Shown here piece by piece: positions 16,348-21,181 of a stretch of 21,181 bases of DNA (positions are counted from its first letter, which is position 1; every line of letters begins with the position of its first letter). The translations under genes were made by a program, and so were the position numbers. The notes beneath the pieces were generated by a model. The model searched no databases and had not been told where the DNA came from. It saw nothing but the letters and a program-made list of their open reading frames with translations. The stretch comes from a virus (Duplodnaviria; Heunggongvirae; Uroviricota; Caudoviricetes): the IMG/VR virus record IMGVR_UViG_2703718854_000005, one strand, 5' to 3'.

Positions 16348-16373
16348 AAACCCGCTCAGGCGGGTTTTTTATT
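16348..16373 (+). terminator. Intrinsic terminator
   Basis: CCCGC-tcag-GCGGG stem followed by TTTTTTATT. Confidence 0.6.
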
Positions 16374-16429
16374 ATCTGCTTTAAATATATTATTAAAATA
16401 TAAAAAATACTTGTTACTAATAAAATCAA

Positions 16430-16600
16430 TCAGGCTACAGCTTTAAGATTTGTCTGGAATACTTTGTTGCAATGAGGGCAGATCAAAAGGGCACCTTTTT
16501 GTACTCTTGAAAAACTGTGTTCTGACTCTTGGGTGCAGTTTGGGCAGGAACATTTAACGAGATAATTACGGCGTGATTTTGAGTTTTTACGTTCTGACAT
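16430..16600 (-). CDS. Small zinc-ribbon protein (CxxC...CxxC), about 56 aa
   Basis: Track ORF 16430..16651; the internal ATG at 16600 has an AGGAAA RBS. Product MSERKNSKSRRNYLVKCSCPNCTQESEHSFSRVQKGALLICPHCNKVFQTNLKAVA has four Cys in two CxxC pairs. Confidence 0.45.
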   Translation of the reverse strand: MSERKNSKSRRNYLVKCSCPNCTQESEHSFSRVQKGALLICPHCNKVFQTNLKAVA

Positions 16601-16819
16601 AGGCTTTTCCTGTATAAATGGCCGTATACAGTACACTAAATATGAAAACATTTCTCGTATTATTATTTTATATATGACTTTCTTTCAAAATAATTACCCA
16701 CATTTTTAATGTGTATGTTTTTTTAGCGCCGTTGAGAACAACGTGTGCTGTCAAAACTACCCCGTAGACTCCGATCTTTTCAAACATATTGCACCATCCG
16801 TGTACATCGGGGTGAGGAT

Positions 16820-17035
16820 ATGAAATCAATGGATAAGTTAACAACAGGTGTTGCCTATGGCACATCGGCGGGTAATGCTGGTTTCTGGGCATTGCAGTTA
16901 CTCGATAAAGTAACTCCGTCACAGTGGGCTGCAATCGGTGTGCTGGGTAGCCTGGTTTTTGGCCTGCTGACGTATCTGACAAATCTTTATTTCAAGATTA
17001 AAGAAGACAGGCGTAAGGCTGCGAGAGGAGAGTAA
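16820..17035 (+). CDS. essQ: Class II holin/pinholin (S21-like)
   Basis: 71 aa from ATG 16820 (GGTGAGGA RBS). Dual-start Met-Lys-Ser-Met motif, TM segment, charged C-terminus RRKAARGE. Confidence 0.85.
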   Translation: MKSMDKLTTGVAYGTSAGNAGFWALQLLDKVTPSQWAAIGVLGSLVFGLLTYLTNLYFKIKEDRRKAARGE

Positions 17036-17039
17036 TCCA

Positions 17040-17347
17040 ATGACTCAAGACTATGAACTGGTTGTGAAAGGAGTCCGTAATTTTGAGAATAAAGTTACGG
17101 TAACTGTAGCCTTACAGGACAAAGAACGCTTTGACGGTGAAATTTTTGACCTGGATGTCGCCATGGACCGTGTTGAAGGAGCTGCGCTGGAGTTTTATGA
17201 GGCAGCAGCCAGAAGGAGCGTCCGGCAAGTCTTCCTGGAAGTAGCAGAAAAATTGTCAGAAAAAGTTGAGTCTTATCTGCAGCATCAGTACTCCTTTAAG
17301 ATTGAAAATCCTGCCAATAAGCACGAGCGTCCTCATCATAAATATCT

Positions 17348-17351
<4 letters not shown>
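17040..17351 (+). CDS. ydfR: YdfR-like protein between holin and endolysin
   Basis: 103-aa ORF; length and position match ydfR. Stop overlaps the endolysin start (ATGA). Confidence 0.75.
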
Positions 17352-18375
<1,024 letters not shown>

Positions 18376-18737
18376 GGTAATATTAAATCGGAACATTTAC
18401 ATCGCGGAATGTAAAATTTAAATAAAAAGGACTCTTCCATGAGCCAAAATTCCTGAAATCTTAAGGGTAAGATAAAAGGTCTTAATCAGAATGACACGTT
18501 TTATTAATAAATAAAGCTATTCTTTCATTGCTGTGTTTTTCTTTACAAAAGTAATCCTTGCTATGGGTGGTTAATCATGCGTTAATGGTGTTCTGGTTTG
18601 TTACAAATTTATCTGAAGCAGTCATTGTTATAATTTTATTATTTGTACCTCTTGAGATTTCCTTGTTGGTTTTTCTCTCTGATATTTTTTTTCGGACCAT
18701 TCTGCCCAAGGGCTAATTTCTTCAAAAGGTAATAATT

Positions 18738-18950
18738 ATGTCTAACAAAATGACTGGTTTAGTGAAATGGTTTAACCCTGAAAAAGGTTTTGGTTTCATC
18801 ACGCCGAAAGATGGCAGCAAAGATGTGTTTGTCCATTTCTCAGCAATTCAGAGCAACGATTTCAAAACATTAACTGAGAATCAGGAAGTTGAATTTGGTA
18901 TTGAGAACGGACCTAAAGGTCCTGCCGCTGTTCATGTAGTGGCGCTTTGA
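18738..18950 (+). CDS. cspI: Cold-shock protein CspI
   Basis: 70-aa [73 protein letters not shown] matches CspI as I remember it. Confidence 0.85.
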   Translation: MSNKMTGLVKWFNPEKGFGFITPKDGSKDVFVHFSAIQSNDFKTLTENQEVEFGIENGPKGPAAVHVVAL

Positions 18951-19154
18951 GGTAGACAATATTACAAACCATATTCACTTTAGATGCCCGTGTTGTCATG
19001 GTTCCCAGTATAGAACATCATCTTTTGATGTTTCTGACATGAATCCTTTCGGGGCAAAATGTATCTTTTGTAAATCAATGATGATTACATTTGATAATAT
19101 TTCACAATACTTAAATGCCAGCCGTCTGTCGTTGGATTTAAAAAAGTGAAAATG

Positions 19155-19178
19155 AAGGCTCCTTCGGGAGCTTTTTTG
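19155..19178 (+). terminator. Intrinsic terminator
   Basis: GCTCC-ttcg-GGAGC stem followed by TTTTTT. Confidence 0.55.
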
Positions 19179-19221
19179 CTTGGTGTCTATTCGATGGATA
19201 CTCACATACTACGGTAACATC

Positions 19222-19452
19222 ATGAAAAAAATCATAGTTTTTTTTAACTCTGAACCAGCAGTGATAGTGCCAGCGATGACTGGAGTTAACACCATCATGC
19301 GTGAATATCCAAATGGCGAAAAAACACACCTTACTGTAATGGCCGCAGGGTTTCCATCTCTGACCGGAGATCATAAAGTCATTTATGTAGCCGCGGATCG
19401 ACATGTTACTTCAGAAGAAATTCTGGAAGCAGCAATAAGGCTCTTGAGTTGA
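19222..19452 (+). CDS. Hypothetical 76-aa protein
   Basis: Track ORF 19180..19452 with internal ATG at 19222 (MKKIIVFFNSEPAVIVPAMTG...). Weak RBS. No family recognised. Confidence 0.4.
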   Translation: MKKIIVFFNSEPAVIVPAMTGVNTIMREYPNGEKTHLTVMAAGFPSLTGDHKVIYVAADRHVTSEEILEAAIRLLS

Positions 19453-19620
19453 TTTGATGCTATTGCATTGATAATTCAGGAAAATTCTCTTTGTCTGTTT
19501 GTGTAAAATTTAGACTATCGTATGTTGATTATTGCGATGTTTCATCTTATCTTTTACACGTTTGCACCATATAATCGACTTACTGTGTAACTGGAAAGTC
19601 ATAACAGACTAAAAGAGGAA

Positions 19621-19796
19621 ATGATGAATATTGAAAACTTAAAAACAAAAGCAGAAGCAGATATTTCTGAATATATAACAAAAAAAATTATTGAACTTAA
19701 GAAAAAGACCGGGAAAGAAGTTACCAGTATTCAGTTTACCGCACGGGAAAAATGACGGGTCTTGAAAGCTATGATGTCAAGATTAATTTAATCTGA
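19621..19796 (+). pseudogene. gnsB: GnsA/GnsB-family gene disrupted by a -1 frameshift in an A5 run
   Basis: ATG 19621 (AGAGGAA RBS) gives MMNIENLKTKAEADISEYITKKIIELKKKTGKEVTSIQFTAREK, then stop. The +1 frame continues MTGLESYDVKINLI. GnsA/B as I recall reads ...FTAREKMTGLESYDVKI... continuously, so one A is missing in the run at 19748..19752. Confidence 0.6.
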
Positions 19797-19947
19797 TGTA
19801 TTCAATAATAAAATTTATCCATAAACCTCGTTTTTACGGGGTTTTGTTATATTTGAATGGTTCCGAATATCTAAATCACAATTGTTGATGGTTTTTATTA
19901 AACCAATGCAGTCCGGCTCAGGAGTGAGAGAAGCCGGACGTTATGGT

Positions 19948-20358
19948 TTAGCGTGGTAAGATCTGTGTAGTTTTCTGGATGCTTTCAGTAAATAGTAATG
20001 AATTATCAAAGGTATAGTAATATCTTTTTTGTTCGTGGATATTTGTAACCCACCGAAAAACTCCTGCTTTAGCAAGGTTTCTTCTGTATTCCTGAAATGT
20101 GATCTCTCTGGATTTCAGCTTATTAGAGGTCGTTTCTATAAGATGCCTATCCTTTGAAAATTTGACAGACACAATGTTTTTTAGGCCCTTTAATAACACT
20201 GTATTATCATTTTTTAATACAATATGAACATTCTCTGTGGCTAAATAGTAAATGTAATGTGAGACATTGTGACGTTTTAGCTCAGAATAAAACCATTGAT
20301 AGTTTAAATCGTTTCGAACTTTATCAAATATTTGTTTAAAAATGACTACCTGATCCAT
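19948..20358 (-). CDS. ydfO: YdfO-like protein (DUF1398-type)
   Basis: Track ORF extends to 20373; the ATG at 20358 has a GGAAGG RBS and gives 136 aa. Position between gnsB and nohA matches ydfO. Confidence 0.7.
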
Positions 20359-20415
20359 AGATAAACCTTCCATGTGATATGAGGGGGCGTAGTCTGCACG
20401 ATTATCTAAATTGCT

Positions 20416-20649
20416 TCAATCTGGTCTGACCTGTTTTCTGAGCAATTCAGTAATGTCACTCTTTTCTTTGTTTGCTTCAGAAGAAACTCTTTTTTCTGAG
20501 CACAGTCTCCGGCGGCAGGCTTCAATGACCCAGGCTGAGAAATTCCCGGACCCTTTTTGCTCAAGAGCGATGTTAATTTGTTCAATCATTTGGTTAGGAA
20601 AGCGGATGTTGCGGGTTGTTGTTCTGCGGGTTCTGTTCTTCGTTGACAT
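20416..20649 (-). CDS. Small basic protein with ribbon-helix-helix-like segment (77 aa)
   Basis: N-terminal Arg/Thr-rich tail, then IRFPNQMIEQINIALEQKGSGNFSAWVIEACRRRL, which resembles an RHH DNA-binding fold. Upstream of ydfO on the same strand. Confidence 0.5.
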   Translation of the reverse strand: MSTKNRTRRTTTRNIRFPNQMIEQINIALEQKGSGNFSAWVIEACRRRLCSEKRVSSEANKEKSDITELLRKQVRPD

Positions 20650-20699
20650 GAGGTTGCCCCGTATTCAGTGTCGCTGATTTGTATTGTCTGAAGTTGTTT

Positions 20700-21037
20700 T
20701 TACGTTAAGTTGATGCAGATCAATTAATACGATACCTGCGTCATAATTGATTATTTGACGTGGTTTGATGGCCTCCACGCACGTTGTGATATGTAAATGA
20801 TAATCATTATCACTTTACGGGTCCTTTCCGGTGATCCGACAGGTTACGGGGCGGCGACCTCGCGGGTTTTCGCTATTTATGAAAATTTTCCGGTTTAAGG
20901 TGTTTCCGTTCTTCTTCGTCGTAACTTAATGTTTTTATTTAAAATACCCCCTGAAAAGAAAGGAAACGACAGGTGCTGAAAGCGGGCTTTTTGGCCTTTG
21001 TCGTTTCCTTTCTCTGTTTTTGTCCGTGGAATGAACA
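20700..21037 (+). other. Lambda-type cos region (cosQ, cosN, cosB); cosN 12-nt cohesive-end sequence at 20849..20860
   Basis: GGGCGGCGACCT at 20849..20860 preceded by ...GACAGGTTACG and followed by CGCGGGTTTTCGCTATTTATGAAAATTTTCCGGTTTAAGG..., which matches the lambda genome ends as I remember them. Sits directly upstream of the Nu1 start. Confidence 0.85.
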
Positions 21038-21181
21038 ATGGAAGTCAACAAAAAGCAGCTGGCTGACATTTTCGGTGCGAGTATCCGTACCATTCAGAAC
21101 TGGCAGGAACAGGGAATGCCCGTTCTGCGAGGCGGTGGCAAGGGTAATGAGGTGCTTTATGATTCTGCCGCCGTCATAAAA
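21038..21181 (+). CDS. nohA: Terminase small subunit (lambda Nu1 homolog), 5' partial, runs off the window
   Basis: Manual translation from ATG 21038 gives MEVNKKQLADIFGASIRTIQNWQEQGMPVLRGGGKGNEVLYDSAAVIK, the Nu1 N-terminal winged-HTH as I remember it. The track ORF at 20973 is a different frame. Confidence 0.9.
   Translation, partial: MEVNKKQLADIFGASIRTIQNWQEQGMPVLRGGGKGNEVLYDSAAVIK

Noticed and set aside
16056-16982. ORFs 16056..16349 (-) and 16668..16982 (-).
   Set aside because: Hydrophobic antisense translations overlapping the cspB 3' region and the holin gene; no start context.
18940-19144. Frame downstream of cspI encoding a CxCC...CxxC-containing peptide (...RCPCCHGSQYRTSSFDVSDMNPFGAKCIFCKS...).
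   Set aside because: No ATG, GTG or TTG start before the cysteine motif and no RBS; the only in-frame ATG (about 19040) would remove half the motif. Possibly a decayed gene, but not callable.
18996-19404. Minus-strand ORFs 18996..19205 and 19138..19404.
   Set aside because: They overlap a plus-strand terminator and the 76-aa gene; no translation signals.
20411-21179. Plus-strand ORFs 20411..20677 and 20973..21179.
   Set aside because: The first is antisense to the RHH-like gene. The second is out of frame with the Nu1 start at 21038 and runs across cosB.

Overview
This window reads as the left arm of an integrated lambdoid prophage of the E. coli Qin/Kim type, running from the integrase end to the cos site and the start of the terminase small subunit. 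All identifications are from reading the sequence and from memory of the protein families; no database search was run. Order, left to right: integrase, excisionase-like gene and a large DEDDh exonuclease (all minus strand); DicF sRNA with ydfC/ydfB/ydfA; the dicA/dicC immunity switch; a poorly explained AT-rich segment (about 6.4-8.9 kb) holding a truncated methyltransferase-like gene, small ORFs with in-frame stop codons and a small membrane protein; an IS-like element with an rve-type DDE transposase; flxA with a sigma-28 promoter; relB-relE-hokD; rem, ydfU and antiterminator Q with a late-promoter/terminator pair; cspF, cspB and cspI; a pinholin/SAR-endolysin/spanin lysis cassette; a frameshifted gnsB-like gene, ydfO; then a lambda-like cosQ-cosN-cosB and the Nu1 start. 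No CRISPR array, tRNA or rRNA was seen. I did not find a clearly novel multi-gene system; the least explained parts are the 6.4-8.9 kb segment, the IS-like element and a few small unannotated ORFs.
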